From Mobula hypostoma (taxonomy: Eukaryota), in assembly GCF_963921235.1 (NCBI RefSeq), contig NC_086097.1:168394001-168458000 (forward strand): a stretch of DNA of 64,000 nt, read 5' to 3'. Shown one piece after another: positions 1 through 13,559 of this stretch. The notes under the pieces are model-generated. The model worked only from the letters and a program-made list of their open reading frames with translations. It was not told where the DNA came from and made no database searches. Each line of letters starts with the position of its first letter. Positions within the stretch are counted from its first letter, which is position 1. Both the position numbers and the translations under genes were made by a program.

Positions 1-285
1 TTATAGTCTCCAGCTTTCAGCCGTTCAGCGTGGGAGCGTCTGCAAAGCCATCTAAGGTACGGTGTGCCGATGTCATCTGGCCGGAGCAAGTCTAGTCTCT
101 GCCGAAGCGAGTGCCGGTAATTCGCCTTTTCCTCACCGGAGCAACCCTGTCCAGTTACCTCACCAAAGTGAGCCTGCAAAGTTTCCTCACCGAGGTGGGT
201 CCGTCAGTTAACCCGCCGGAGGGAATCAAGAACCGCTGTTTACCGTTTCTGGGCCGAGTCGAGAGCTCGCCACTACCCAGAGGCT

Positions 286-695
286 CCAAGTCAAGTCCTG
301 GCTCTGGGGGCATTCAAGTACCAAGTCAAGTACTGGCTCCGGGGGCATTCAAGCACCAAGTCAAGTCCTGGCTCCGGCGGTATTCAAGCACCAAGTCAAG
401 TCCTGGCCCTGGTGGCATTCAAGCACCAAGTCAAGTCCTCGCCCTGGCGGCATTCAAGCACCAAGTCAAGTCCTTTCCCTGGCGGCATTCTAGCACCAAG
501 TCAAGTCCTGTCCCTAGTGGCATTCAAGCACCAAGTCAAGCCCTGGCCCTGGCGGCATTCAAGCACCCAGTCAAGTCCTGGTCCTGGCGGCATTCTAGCA
601 CCAAGTCAAGTCCTGTCCCTAGTGGCATTCAAGCACCAAGTCAAGTCCCGGTCCTGGCGGCATTCAAGCACCAAGTCAAGCCCTGGCCCTGGCGG
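286..695 (+). repeat. 35-bp minisatellite, ~11-12 copies (CAAGTCAAGTCCTGGCCCTGGCGGCATTCAAGCAC-like)
   Basis: CCAAGTCAAG recurs every 35 bp (321, 356, ...). Confidence 0.9.
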
Positions 696-837
696 TCTGT
701 GATTCCTGTCCTACCCCTTGTCTGAATCCCTCCTCTACCCCTCTCGCCTCTAGCCCTCATCTGCAGCCCCCGCCTGCACTTCGGTCTAGTTCCATCGCTG
801 AAGCTGGATAGGTACTGTCTGGTGTTCATTCGTGTTG

Positions 838-1250
838 GTCTTGTCTTGTCTTGTCCTCGCCTCCGTGGGGTAAGTCAGGCCATCTTGCCATTGCTCCGCA
901 GGGGGTCATGTTCTGTCTTGTCTGGTCCTTTCCTCCGTGGGGTAAGTCAGGCCGTCTTGCCGTTGCCCCGCGGGGAGTCATGTCTTGTCTTGCCTTGTCC
1001 TCGCCTCCATGGGGTAGGTCAGGCCGTCTTGCCATTGCCCCGCGGGGGGGGGGTCATGTTTTGTCTTGTCTTGTCCTTGCCTCCGTGGGGTAAGTCAGGC
1101 CATCTTGCCGTTGCCCCGCTGAGGGTCATGAGTCCCAGCCCTATGTCCTGTACCCAAGGAGGGGTCCCGGCTCTCTGTTCTATGTGTGAGTCCCGGCCCT
1201 ATGTCCTGTACCCAAGGAGGGGTCCCGACTCTGTGTTCTGTGTATGTGTC
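838..1250 (+). repeat. ~70-77-bp tandem repeat (4 copies), then a ~59-bp tandem repeat (2 copies)
   Basis: CCTCCGTGGGGTAAGTCAGGCC recurs four times; GAGTCCC.GCCCTATGTCCTGTACCCAAGGAGGGG recurs twice. Confidence 0.85.
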
Positions 1251-1764
1251 CATGGTTCCATGTACCTGCTCTCCGGAGACCGAGGCTCTGTGTTCCTATG
1301 TTCCTCCTCTCCCTAGCCCATGTCATGTCCATGCCTGGTTCTGGGGTCCAAGCCCGAGGCAAGACCCAGGTACTGGGTTTTGCCCAGTCTCTGGCTCGGA
1401 GTCCATACCCTAGCCTCTTCATGTCTCCTCTAGTTCTGGGAGCCGATTCCAAGCCCAAGCCCAGACCCTTAGTCCCAGCCTAGTTGTAGTCCTGAATCCT
1501 TGTCCAGTTCGCTATTCCTGCTCCTGCCTTGCTCTCCTGGTATCGAACAATAAATTAAATCTAAGTAACCTCACAAGATGTGTCTTGCATTTGGGTCCAC
1601 CCTTGCTCCCAATACCCCCATCATTGTGACATAAACCTATGTAGTTCTAAGGTAAGAACATGTTCAACACAGCTTTGTGAGCTGAAGGGCCTGTATTGTG
1701 CTGTAGGTTTTATATGTTTCTATGTTACAGTTTTGTCTCAGTTCTCTGCTCCGTGCATACAGTA

Positions 1765-2275
1765 GATGACCATGCTGATCTTCAATTGGAATATTCCTTA
1801 TAATTCCTTATTATCCCTTTGCTCTTAAAATATCCGTAGAAACCCTTAAGATTCTCCTACACCTTGTCTGCCAGAACAATTTCATGCCTTCTTTTATTCC
1901 TCCTGATTTCCCCCTTATGTACCCACACACAGCTCTTACACTCTTCAAGCACCTCAGTTGTTCTCTGCTGCCTGTACTTACTGTGCACCTTTGTTTCTTT
2001 ATAACCTCAATAACTCCAGAAAACCAAGGTCTCCTAAACCTGTTAGCCTTGCCTTTTATTCTACAGGAACATACAAATTCTGTTCTCTCACTACTTCAAC
2101 ACCACCTTTGAATGCCGCTCACTTCTAAGCATCACTTTGTCAGGAAACAACCTATCCCAAAACACATTTGCCAGATCCTTTCTGATGCCATCAAAATTGG
2201 CCTTTCACCTATTTAGAATCTCAAACCGAGGACCAGACCTATCCTTCTTTATCATTATCTTGAAACTAATGGAAT
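1765..2275 (-). mobile_element. Degraded CR1 LINE fragment
   Basis: Similar to 22420-22920 of the long minus-strand CR1 (e.g. CACATTTGCCAGATC..TTCT, AAATTGGCCTTTC). Confidence 0.65.
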
Positions 2276-4719
2276 GAAACACTAGTTTCAAAGTTGGAAA
2301 TATAATTATGTACAAAAGATTAAGAAAACTTGAAAAATAATGATAAGTGCCGTATTGGGTTTGATATAAGAATAAAAACACAAAGTTCAGACTAAAATAA
2401 AATGATTTGGTTTAGCCTATCTGGTTGGAAATGCTAGGAAATATATCAGCTGATCAGATGTGGGAATATTTGAAATTAGAATGCAAACAAACCCTTCATG
2501 GATGAATAAGAAACATCTTCTTGGGGTTATAAATTTGTTTAAAACAATTTTTGACTCCTATCAGAAAAACAGCTGAAATCACACAAAACTGTTTTACCAG
2601 GTAGACAAAAGAAAGGAAAATCACAGTTACAAATTACGACGGGGATAAAGCATGCTATCTTCCTAAACGGTAGGTAGATAGATAAGATACTTAATTGATC
2701 CCAAAGGAAATTATAGTGTCACAGTAGCATTACAAGTGCACAGATATGCCAATATTAGGAGAGGTAAGAGTTGACGTGTCTGTGTGAATGATAGCGATAG
2801 ATGAACGACTGTACCTTATTACTAACGTTCTTATGCCAGTAAACACATAACGGACTGCTCTCGGCGGCGAGTGTTGTTGAAACTCTAACTCTTGCCACGC
2901 TCAGCCGTCTGCTGCTATTTAAAAATAACAGATCAGGAGATGGCTAAGCGTAATTTTGTCTTCTTACTGGTGACCTTTTAATTTATTTTAACATTTTAAG
3001 TGTAAGGCTGCAAGAATTTTAGCAGAGCCTCCAACTCGTCTTAGTGCACTTTCAACCCTCGTAGTCACCGGAACTGCTCATTGATACCGATATTAATGCG
3101 TCTTGCGCCATGACGCACCTCTCACCCTGCACAATTGATTCATCATAAACCCCAGTCCCAACTCAACAAAGTAACTTTGACTCAAGCCCAAACCTTGACA
3201 TGGGCTTTCTCGCCACTTTGCTTTTCCGTATTTGCAAATATTTCTATTTTTGTTTTTTTGTACTGGTTTTCATTATTGTTATAACTTTCCTTTCTATTTT
3301 CGACCTAGAATCCTACTTGCCTAACTACCAAGTATTTTAGTGGCCATTGCCAATAGTCATTCACTGCGCGAGATCAGACTAAGCAAAACTGTCGACGTGA
3401 CGCTGAAATAGTATGGAATGAGATAGAAGGTGAGGCAGATTACAAACGCATCTAAATTCGAGTAATTATGGTTTAATCATTTTTGGATATTGCAAAATAC
3501 ATGATAAATGAACCGACTTTCTCTCTTAGTTTGTGGATTCCTTGGGAATGGCAAATGAATTGCTGTCGCGGAATACCAAAGTTGCGTGGGATTTTTCTAA
3601 TTGCGAAAGGGAGTTTTTAAGGTCTTTATCCAGCACTGCTAACAACAAAGCGCTGTGGGTTATTTAGCAGAAACTCTCGCCGGAGTCCCACATACTAATA
3701 ATTTTTTTGGACGGTTATCCATCAGACTAGATCATACAGATTAAAAATAAACAAAATCATAAAACAGTGCAGCAATAAACATCAAAACATTTAAAAAGAA
3801 CTGTACAAATTTATTAACACCAGATCCGAAATATCGGTTAACTTTTCAGATGGGACCTGTTCTTGGAGCGTCTAATTAACGTTAATCCAACAAACACTGA
3901 CCTTCATTATACTTTTCTGCTTGTAAGATTTTTACTTTACTAATTTTAGGGTTAGTCGTCTGGGCGAGGACTTCTTCCTCATCAGTAACATAATAGGATT
4001 ATTTGAAATAAGCAGATCTAAACTGATCAAAGACAAATTGACAAAAATCTGAAATAATGGATGTTTACTGAGTTCAGAAATAGGATGTCTTTTTAAGTTT
4101 CAAAATTTATTTGATAAGAGTTTCCTCGTGTGTTGTGCAAGGGAACTTGTATGTATCACTTCTTTGCCTTTCACAGGAACTGTCAGAACAATACTGAGAC
4201 ACAAGAGGGAGCAGATACTCTAACCCGGAGCGAAAAAAATCGAACTGCTGGAATAACTCAGCCGGGACCCTCCTTCTGCCTTTACAGATGCTGCCTGAGT
4301 CGCTGAGTTTCTCCGGGGAGGGGTGTTTAAACAACACTAGTAATCTCAATTTAAAACGCTGGATGCTCTGAGCAGGATCTGTTGAAATCAGATGAACAGT
4401 CATCGAAATAAAACATTAACTCAAGTGTTGCCAGTTCAGATGCTGCTTAAACCGTCCGGTATTCCTATGCCATAAATATTAGTGGCTGCCTGTAACTGAA
4501 ACAATTCCAAGGACTGCAATAGTCGGGATGGAGAATTGAAAGATGTCACTGACCACCGTCATTGGGGACGAAGACGGAGGCGGGGCTGGACGTGGCGCGA
4601 ACGTGCGCTGGGGTGGGGGAAGAATGCGCGCTCGTAGCCGCGGCGAAGCGGCTTGGGTGCGCGCTGATGGGCTCGGTGCGAGTCCACGGCTCGAGAAAAG
4701 AGTAAACTCAGTAGATCCT

Positions 4720-5262
4720 ACAGATGCTGGAAATTTTAAGCAACACACAAAATGCCAGGGGAGCTCAGCAAGTCATGGAACATCTATGGAGGGGAATAAA
4801 CAATCGACGTTTCTGGCCGAGCCCCTTCATCAAGGCTGGTATGGAAGAAAACAGATGTCATAATATGAAGGTGGGGTTGGGAGAGGAGTACAGGCTGGCA
4901 GGTGATAGGTGAGACCAGCTGAGGGGGAACGCGGGTGGGGATGAAGTGGGAGGGTGAACGGGTCGGGGATGGGAAATGAGGTAAGAAACTGAGAGGGGAT
5001 AGGTGAGAGAGGTAGAGGGTTAAATAAGAAGGAATCTAATAGGAAAGGACAGTGGACCATGGAAGAAAGGGAAGGTGGAGGGAAATCAGAGAAGATGATG
5101 GGGAATGGTAATGAATAGAGAGAAGGGTGCGAGGGTGACCAGAAATTAAAATGGAAAGAGAGGGGGAGTAAAATTAATCCTTTAAAATGTACAGAGTCTT
5201 CCCTACTGCCATAGTGAGGCCAAATTCGGGTTGGAGGAGCAACACCTCATATTCCGCCTGGA
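4720..5262 (-). mobile_element. Penelope-like retroelement 3' fragment
   Basis: Same tail as the other copies (GCAACACACAAAATG...CATCTATGGA), a degenerate hammerhead motif at 4801-4838 and a GGAGCAACACCTCATATTCCG motif. Confidence 0.7.
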
Positions 5263-5298
5263 GGTACGTACACGGATTTCTTTAAACTGGGCAAGTCT

Positions 5299-5375
5299 GT
5301 GGGCGGGACTATGGGAACGAGACGATTGGCTGAGCAGGGGAGATTGTGGGCGGGACGACGCGGCTGACGGACCTA
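5299..5375 (+). promoter_or_regulatory. GC-box/CCAAT-box cluster upstream of PRELID3A
   Basis: GGGCGGGAC at 5301 and 5348, with ATTGG (reverse CCAAT) at 5325 between them; CpG-rich. Confidence 0.4.
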
Positions 5376-5384
5376 CCAGTGAGT

Positions 5385-6450
5385 GGGACTATTTGTCGGG
5401 AGAATGAACAGCCGACGTTTCGGGCTGAGACCCTTCATCAGGACTGAAAAGGAAGAGGGCAGAAACCAGAGTAGGAAAATGCGTGGAGGGGAAGGAGAGC
5501 AAGCTGGCAGGTGATAGGTGAGACCAGGTGAAGGGATGAAGTAAGAAGGTAGGAGATGGTCACCGGGAGTTCCTGCCATTTGCGGCGGATAAAGCGGTCT
5601 CCTAATCTGTACCGGGTCTCACCGATTTAGAGGAGGACACATCAGGAACCCCGGCATACTCACAGGTGAAGCGTCGCTCACCTGGAAGGACCGTCTGGGG
5701 CTCTGAATAGTCATGAAGGAGGAGGTGTAGGGACAGGTGTAGCATTCGTCACAGGTAAAAGTAGAGAGCGATTCCTGCGGAAAGGGGTGGGGGAGACGTT
5801 GGGTGGAAGGGAAAGGTGTGTTGTTGGAGCTGGCGGAAATAATGAAGAATGATGTACTGGATCCGTCGATTCGTGGGGTGGTAGGTAAAGGGGAGGGGAA
5901 CTCCATCTCTAATATGGTGGCTGGAAGATGTGGTGAGAGCAGATGTGCTGGAAATGGAGATGTGGGTGAGGGCAACATCGACAGTGGTGGAAGGGAGACC
6001 ACGTCCTTTGAAAGAAAGAGGCCATCTCAGATGTCCTGGGATGGAAAACCTCATCCTAAGAACACATGCGGTAGAGGCGGAGGAATTGAGAGAAGGAAGA
6101 ACCATTTTTTTTCAAGTGCCGGAATGGGAAAGAGGAATAGTCAAGATAGCCGTGAGAGTCAGTAGATTTGCAAAACAAATCTGTAACCAGAGATGGAGAC
6201 AGAGACAGAGAGCTCGAGAGCAGTGTGCGAGGTGGACCAAGTAAATTTGAGGGCGGGGTGGAAGTTCAAAGTAAAATTGATGAAATAGGCGGGCTCAGCA
6301 CGGGGTACAGGAAGCAGCACTGATGTAGCGCTGAAAAAGGTGGGGGGCGTTAACATTTTAGGCTTGGAACATGGACTATTCTACGTAGCCTACGAAAATG
6401 CAGACATAGCAAGGGCCCCTGGCTACGCATTTAATTTGGAGAAAATGGGA
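5385..6450 (-). mobile_element. Penelope-like retroelement fragment (RT C-terminus and GIY-YIG linker, decayed)
   Basis: Minus-strand translations FINFTLNFHPALKFTWS, RDGVPLPFTYHPTNRRIQYIIL and CDECYTCPY are typical of vertebrate Penelope ORFs; tail carries a hammerhead motif. Confidence 0.8.
5409..5446 (-). ncRNA. Minimal type-I hammerhead ribozyme motif in a Penelope-like tail
   Basis: Minus strand reads CAGUC-CUGAUGA-A-GGGU(CUCA)GCCC-GAAACGUC-GGCUG: conserved core, stem II, palindromic ACGU stem III, GUC cleavage triplet and closing stem I. Confidence 0.7.
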
Positions 6451-6559
6451 AGCGTCGAAAGAGAAATGGTTGAATGTGACGATTAATCCGAGGAGGGGAG
6501 CTGGTTGAAAGAAAGAAGCAGAGAGCTTTAACGGTGGCTGAAAACTGTAGGAGTGGGCG

Positions 6560-6900
6560 TTCTATGGGCGTCGCGTAAACGTTGTCATGCACGCCTGCCC
6601 TGGAGGCGGAGCGACGGGCGGCAGCGCGCCCTGGTGCTCGCTCCCACGGATGGCAGCGGCTGAATCCATCTCCTCCGGAGCGGAGCCGCAGCTCGAGCCC
6701 GGCGCCGGTTAACTGGCCGTTTGTAGTCACGGAAGCCGCCGAGTCTGTCGGCGACCGGGCCGGTCACTGAGGGCTGTTGGCGGACGCAGCGGCCGCTGCT
6801 GCAGCCGCCGGTGCCGCAGAACGACGACATGAGGATCTGGAGCTCGGAGCATTTGTTCAGGTGATCCGTCGGCCCGCGAGTAACTGGCTGGAGGTGGAGA
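6560..6900 (+). promoter_or_regulatory. CpG island / 5' end of PRELID3A copy 1
   Basis: Very high GC and CpG density around the ATG-containing exon. Confidence 0.75.
6829..6860 (+). CDS. PRELID3A: PRELI domain-containing protein 3A, copy 1, coding exon 1 (MRIWSSEHLF-S)
   Basis: ATG at 6829; matches the family N-terminus MKIWSSEHVF; GT donor at 6861; 32 nt. Confidence 0.92.
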
Positions 6901-9392
6901 GGGGTGGCCCGGCCTCTCCGAAAGTAGGGGGAGGAGGATGGGGAGGGGGTTAGGGTGATGTCCCGGATTCTGCCGTGGTCTCGGGCAGAGGTGCAAACGT
7001 CCGGTACTCACCTTGATGTAAGAGGAGCGTGTCAGGCAGCATTTGAGAGGCAAAAGGACTGATGCAGGGTCTCAACCCGAACCGTCAACTTTCATACTCT
7101 GTCTCCACACAGGCTAATCGACCCGCTTTGAGTCTACCCGATTCCAGCGCCTGTTGTCCCTTACCCTTACTTTGCTGTGGACTCGTCGAAGAGATAGCTT
7201 GCCCTACTGATTAAGCTGGTGTAGGTCGGGGTATGCAGGCTTTGGCTATGAGGCGAACGTTATTCATCTTTACCACAGTTATGTTCACCTCAAAACTGAC
7301 CATTTTTCCTTCTGTTTAAGATCTAATTTGCACTCAAATCTTTGTGCCATTTGTAGTTTTATGCTCCTGGTTGTAGTCGTTGCATTTATTATAGCCATGA
7401 CTTCTTTGAGCTTCATGCAGATAATGAATCTCACTGCGCCTTATGGTATATGATAAACTAATCATATATTAAAGTGTATTACATGATATAAAAGGATCTG
7501 CCTTGACAAAGAAATTTGTCATAAGCTGGAGTGATAGGAAAATGACAGCTTGATTTGAAAGGCAAATTAATTGCAATGTGTCTCTTTCCCAGCTGCAACT
7601 AATTCATCTGGGAAATATCTACAATAATAAACCTTATGTTTGGAAAATAGATTTGGGCTGCAGTTGAGGCAAAATATCTACCTCTTTGTAACTACACTGG
7701 TCCAATGAAATAATGGCCACGCATCATGCAGATGTCCTTGAAGATTTATTTTTATATCTCTCTCTCTTTCTTCAGCAGACACCGTGAAAACTACAAGAAA
7801 ATAAAAGACATAAAAAGTTTGAAACATACATCTCAGTCTTTTAAAGTCTCTCAAGCTAGTGTCTGCTGGTAAACAGGCCCAAAACACGTCAGCACAACAG
7901 AAGTGTGCTGAAATCAAATAAAGTCACTAAAAACTTATCACACTGTCCATATAAAGGCATGTCAACAACATTATACACAATATAAAACAAATAAAAACAA
8001 TTACCATGTGTGCCTCTTGGACCACGTGCAGAATAAGGTTATTTTAGGGCCATGTGTCTTTCTCTGCTTCCAGATTGGTTCTGACCCATAATGCTACAGT
8101 CATGCTCTTAGTAAACTCTGGTCATGTGACCCATTACACTCTACATTAAATAACACCTTACATAAAAAGCACAAAATTTTTAATCAAACATTATTTAAAG
8201 ATTTTTAAAAAGTCATAAATTTATGACAAAAACATATAAAATAAACATCGCAATGAAACATGTCTCCGAGACAGTTACACTCTTATCCAAACTTAGAATC
8301 TCAGCCACTTTGTATTTAGCCCTGGCTTATTCTTGCTTCAAAAGTTACTAGCTCAAATTCCACATGAGATTTCTGCTCATATTCAGGACTGACACATGAA
8401 ATGCATATTGAGATGCAGATATTTCATTGAGTTTCAGTTCTCTCTCAAGTACACTTAAAAGGTGCACAGCATTATCTGAAGATCAGCACTTTTTCTCATT
8501 TTATGTACTGCTCTTTGGAGCAATGATGTCACATTTATTGATGACATCCAAATGGAACCTGCTGCCACTTCTCTGGTCATCTGTTGTATTTAAAATACAA
8601 TATGTCTTGTACTTTAAGAGCAGATAATTATTTGGTAGACAGAAGCAATTGTCTTGGGAGCCTGATGTTTCAGTTGAATTGGATGGTTTGGAACTATACT
8701 TGACTTAAAAATGTGTTTTTGAGGATATATTTGGTTCATTACCAAGAACACCTGCTTCAACATCTGTAATCTCACCTGGCTCTATTCCTCTCTCAGTTCA
8801 TCTAATGCTGAACTCTTCATTCATGCCATGATTACTTTAGGAATTGACTAGTCCAACTTCCTAGCCACTGTGAAATTGCTCTCAACCAAAATCCCATTAT
8901 CTTTGTTCTAGCTCTCACAAAGCACGGTACAGACATTAGCACTGTCTTTGAGACTGATAATGACTTCCAGTCCAACAATGTTTTTTGTTAGTTTTCAGAC
9001 TCCTGCATGACCTTGCCCTATTGTGATGTGCTGTCATAGTAAGTCATGTGGCTCACAACATTGTCTATTCATTTGGTAGAAATGTTTGGAGAAAATGTGA
9101 TTTGATTGTGAACTTGTGAGGAATACATTTTGGTATAGAGAAAGGAGAATCACAATTTCTCCTGGAGTTAAACAACTTGATATCTTTGTAGTTGATTTCT
9201 AAGCTGTAGTGTATTTTACGTCTTTTTTCCCTGAGTTTTTAAAAATTAGAAGTACTTGTTCATGCATTTTAGATTATTATTGATTTTTATGCTAGATTTA
9301 AACTTTTTTAAACTTTGAATCATGCAATGCAGGAAGAGGCCATTATCCCTTCTATGACCAAATCATTTTATGTTGTGCGGTGATCTCAGTAA

Positions 9393-9644
<252 letters not shown>

Positions 9645-10829
9645 TAATACTGACACCTTTTTTTTGTATTGTATGTCCAAAATCAATAGGAAGTTTTAAA
9701 AAACAAAAATGTTTACTTATATGAATGTAGAGACTTTAGGAGAATTGGCACAGTTGCTCCTTCTGAAGTAGATATTAAACTGGAAAAAAAATCGATAAAG
9801 TTTGATATAGTGATGATCTGTCAATTCAATTAGTTTTAACATTTGAGGATGACATAGTTTCTGACCTTGGGTGCTGTCTGTGTACAGTTTGTATGTTCTC
9901 CCTGTGAACACACACTTCAGTTTCCTCCTTTGTCACAAAGACATGCTGGTAAGTTAATTGGCTACTGTAGATTGCTCCTATTGTAGATCAACGAAAGTAG
10001 AATTGGTGAAGTAGGTAAGCATGTGAGAGAAAACTGTGCATTTCACTGTATGAGTCAATGTGCATGTGATAAATAAATCTGAAATAGGATACAGGGGAGA
10101 ATGGGACTGACAGGATTGATCTAGACCTGGTGAGTAATTATAATTAAAATGATCAATTTTAGAAGTAATGTTTGTTCAATCCGAACAGAGAACAATGAAG
10201 GCATTAGGACAGGTTGCCTGTGAAAGACTGGCAAACTATTAAAGGGTATGATAAAAGGCAAGGAGTGACTAGCACTTAAAAATGTTCTGATAATGGTTCT
10301 CTACCCAAAATATCAACTCTCCATTTCCCTCCATAGATGCTGCCTGACCTACTGAGTTCTTCCAGCATTTTGTATGTTGCTGCAGATTTCCAGCATATAT
10401 AGTCTTTCTTGTGTCTGCATTTAACAAAATAATATGTTTGTAAAAAGAAAAATTCCTTCCATTTGAAAATATGGTCCTGCAGATTGCAGAGAAAATAAAT
10501 ATGGTATTAGATCTTGGAGACTTAAAGTAGCCAGGAAAGGTAGAAATCCTGAAGACTGAGAACATTTTAGAATTTGACAAAGTATGGCCATGAAGTTGAA
10601 GGGGAAAATCAAACATTAGAGTAAACTTATTAAAAAGACAATAAGAATATCTTTATCCATGTTAAAAATGTCTATTAGTTAAAAGAAAAACAGTAGCAAC
10701 AAGAAATGGGGGTCTGTTACATAGATGGTGGATTTATAACAGGAAATGAGAAAATGACAGGTAATTTATTAAGTATTATTATTGTTTGGCTTTGGTAAAC
10801 AAAATACAAGAAACATTATAAGTGATGAA

Positions 10830-11270
10830 GAAATAAGGGTACAGTTTGGATGAGAAAATGAAAGAAGTACTGCTAGAGAAGATAACAAATCTGAAAGCTG
10901 GTAAGTCACAAGAACCTGATAATTTGCACTTCAAACTTTTGAAAGAAATGTATACAGAGGTGGTGGATGCTCTGAGATTTCTTGCAGGACTCTATAGATC
11001 CAGGAATGATTCTTGTAAATTGGTGGATAATATATGCAGCCTCACTTTTTAAGGAAGCAGAGCGAAAATTGGAAGCTACCTGTTAGCTTGACATCAGTAG
11101 TTAGCATAACTCTGGATCCTCAATAAAGGATGTGCTATCAAGACACTTAGACTCATATTAATTGTGCATTTTATTATGAAGAGGAAGTTGTATTAACTCA
11201 TCTATCAGAGTTTTTTTGAAGGTGTGTCCAGAGAATAGATTAGGGGAAATCAGTGGAGGTGATGAAAAGG
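10830..11270 (+). mobile_element. Old CR1 LINE fragment in intron 2
   Basis: EVLLEKITNLKAGKSQEPDNLHFKLLKE resembles the CR1 KSPGPDGLHPRVLKE motif. Confidence 0.7.
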
Positions 11271-11980
11271 ATGCAAAGGCTGAGAACTTGGAGAAAAATG
11301 ATAGAAGAAAATCTGAGCAAAAATGTCAGATTTCCATGATGAGCGATTGATAACACTCAGTATAAACTTACATGTAACTAAACCCACCTATCATGGCATT
11401 TTGTTTTTTTTCTGCAGGCTTTTATCTTAAATGCAACGTTTCTCTATACTTGTAGCATAGGTCAGTTAAAATAATTAGAATGTTTTTGGCTTGGTGTAAA
11501 ATCAAAACTACCTAGCCTGCTTTTCAAACAAATTTTAAATGTGGCAGTTGAGAAGCAATTTAAAAAATGCAGGCAATGGAAGCTGAAAATAAGAGCATAT
11601 TTCTAGAAATTCTTGATAAGTTAGGCAGATCTGTACAGAAAGAACAGTTTCTCAGTTAACTTTATTTTTCTTCCTACTGAAAACAAGAATTTCCAGCATT
11701 CTTTTGCATTATAAATGTCAATATTGTTCGCAGCGATTGCTCCAACTGTCATTGCTGCAATGTTGTATTAAAATATGTACACTGTCTTAATTGCATTTAC
11801 TATTATGTATTAAAAATGACTGCAATGTCTGGTGTGAATTCAAATGTTGTTTGCTGTCTGTGCTTCTATTACATTTTTTTTCTGGATTGAGGGAATTTGA
11901 CATTTTACAGAACTTGAATCTCAATTAATGCCCCAGTGAGTTGATTCATATGGTAATCTTTTATAATATGTTTTTGTTAG

Positions 11981-12196
<216 letters not shown>

Positions 12197-12829
12197 TAGC
12201 AGCGTTGATTGTGGCTCAGTGCCAAGCACAAAGCACAAGACAGTACCATAACAGAACAACACTTTACAAGACAATAATGCAAACAGCAATGAGCAATCAA
12301 CAATTAGCAGAATGGTCACATGGGCAGACATCAATCAAACTTAAAGAAATGTGAACAGATCAACAGAACAAGGAGAGCAGGAAGGACCATTTAACAGATG
12401 TTGTGCAGGGACAGTTAGAATATTACACCTGAGTGAGTTGTTGAGAAGCAGGATGGCTACAGAAAAGAAGCTTCAAAGATGACATGTAGTCCTGGTGTTG
12501 ATGGACTTGTGGCATCTCCCTGATGGCAGTTTGGTAAACAGGTGACTGCTAGGGTTGGGGCATCAGCAGTAATTTTTTTCAGCTTAGCCTTGATTTAATC
12601 CATCTGTAGACTATTTCAATATCATTGGACTTGTTATTCCTGAAGCTGTTATTGTAAAATCTTCAGGGAAAATTGCCATTCTCAAGTAATGTAATGTTAT
12701 TTATGAAACAGTTGAAGATGATTCTGCCAGGGATCCTTCCCCAAGGAGTTCATGCAGTAATACCCTTGGATTATAATGAATGGGCTACCGTACTGGTACC
12801 TGTTTTTCTTAACATTATTTATTATTCAT

Positions 12830-13020
12830 TCATTGAGGTACAGTGCAGAATAGGCACTTCTGGCCCTTCAAGTTACGTTACGCATTAACCCCTGATTTAA
12901 CCCTAGCCTAATCACAGGACAATTTACAATGACTAATTAACCTACCAACCTGTCCACCTTTGGACTTTGGGAGGAAACCCACACAGTGATGAGGAGACGG
13001 TACGAACTCCTTTTAGACAG
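12830..13020 (-). mobile_element. V-SINE-like fragment
   Basis: CTTTGGACTTTGGGAGGAAACCCACACAG is the reverse complement of the V-SINE core; GGACAATTTACAATGACTAATTAACCTAC. Confidence 0.55.
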
Positions 13021-13466
13021 TGTGGATCCTTAAAGAAAGTACAAAGGAGGTGTGCAAGGCAAGTTTTTTTTATTTACACAGAATGCTGGGGGCCTGGACT
13101 GCACTACCAGAGGTGCTGGTGCGGGCAGATATTGTAGGAGTGTTTATTAGACTTTTAGATTGACACATGAATATAGAGAGAAGGGAAAGATATGGTCAAC
13201 GTGTGGAAAAGGAGGATTAGATTGGTAAAAATCATTGGTTTAACTCGTGCAGCACATCATGGCCAAAGGTCCTTTCCTGTGCTGTACTGTTCTATGTTCT
13301 ACATTAACTCCAGTCTTGGCACCAGATAGTTTTTAAAGCAGTAATTCTTTAAAGTTGAAGCAGATGTATCCACGTTTGAACAAAACTTTTAGTTGTTTAT
13401 GTACAAGCTGTACGTTTGGTGCTAAAAGTAAATGAAGGTTTTGTGATTGTGAATCTATAATGTTAA

Positions 13467-13559
<93 letters not shown>

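Larger units (their letters stand above)
1..1631 (+). mobile_element. Solo LTR-like element (5' end outside the window) containing internal minisatellites
   Basis: Ends in TGACA at 1631, followed by TAAAC. The complete duplicate at 44758-46519 has TGTCA...TGACA termini and a TAAAC TSD. AATAAA lies ~80 bp before the end. Confidence 0.75.

Noticed and set aside
286..695. CRISPR-like regular repeat
   Set aside because: Units are head-to-tail with no unique spacers; vertebrate context and no cas genes.
111..725. 204-aa repetitive ORF (and its duplicate 44999-45613)
   Set aside because: Non-ATG start; a by-product of a stop-poor 35-bp minisatellite inside a solo LTR.
12885..12915. Telomere-like TAACCC motifs
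   Set aside because: Only isolated units within a SINE tail, not an array.
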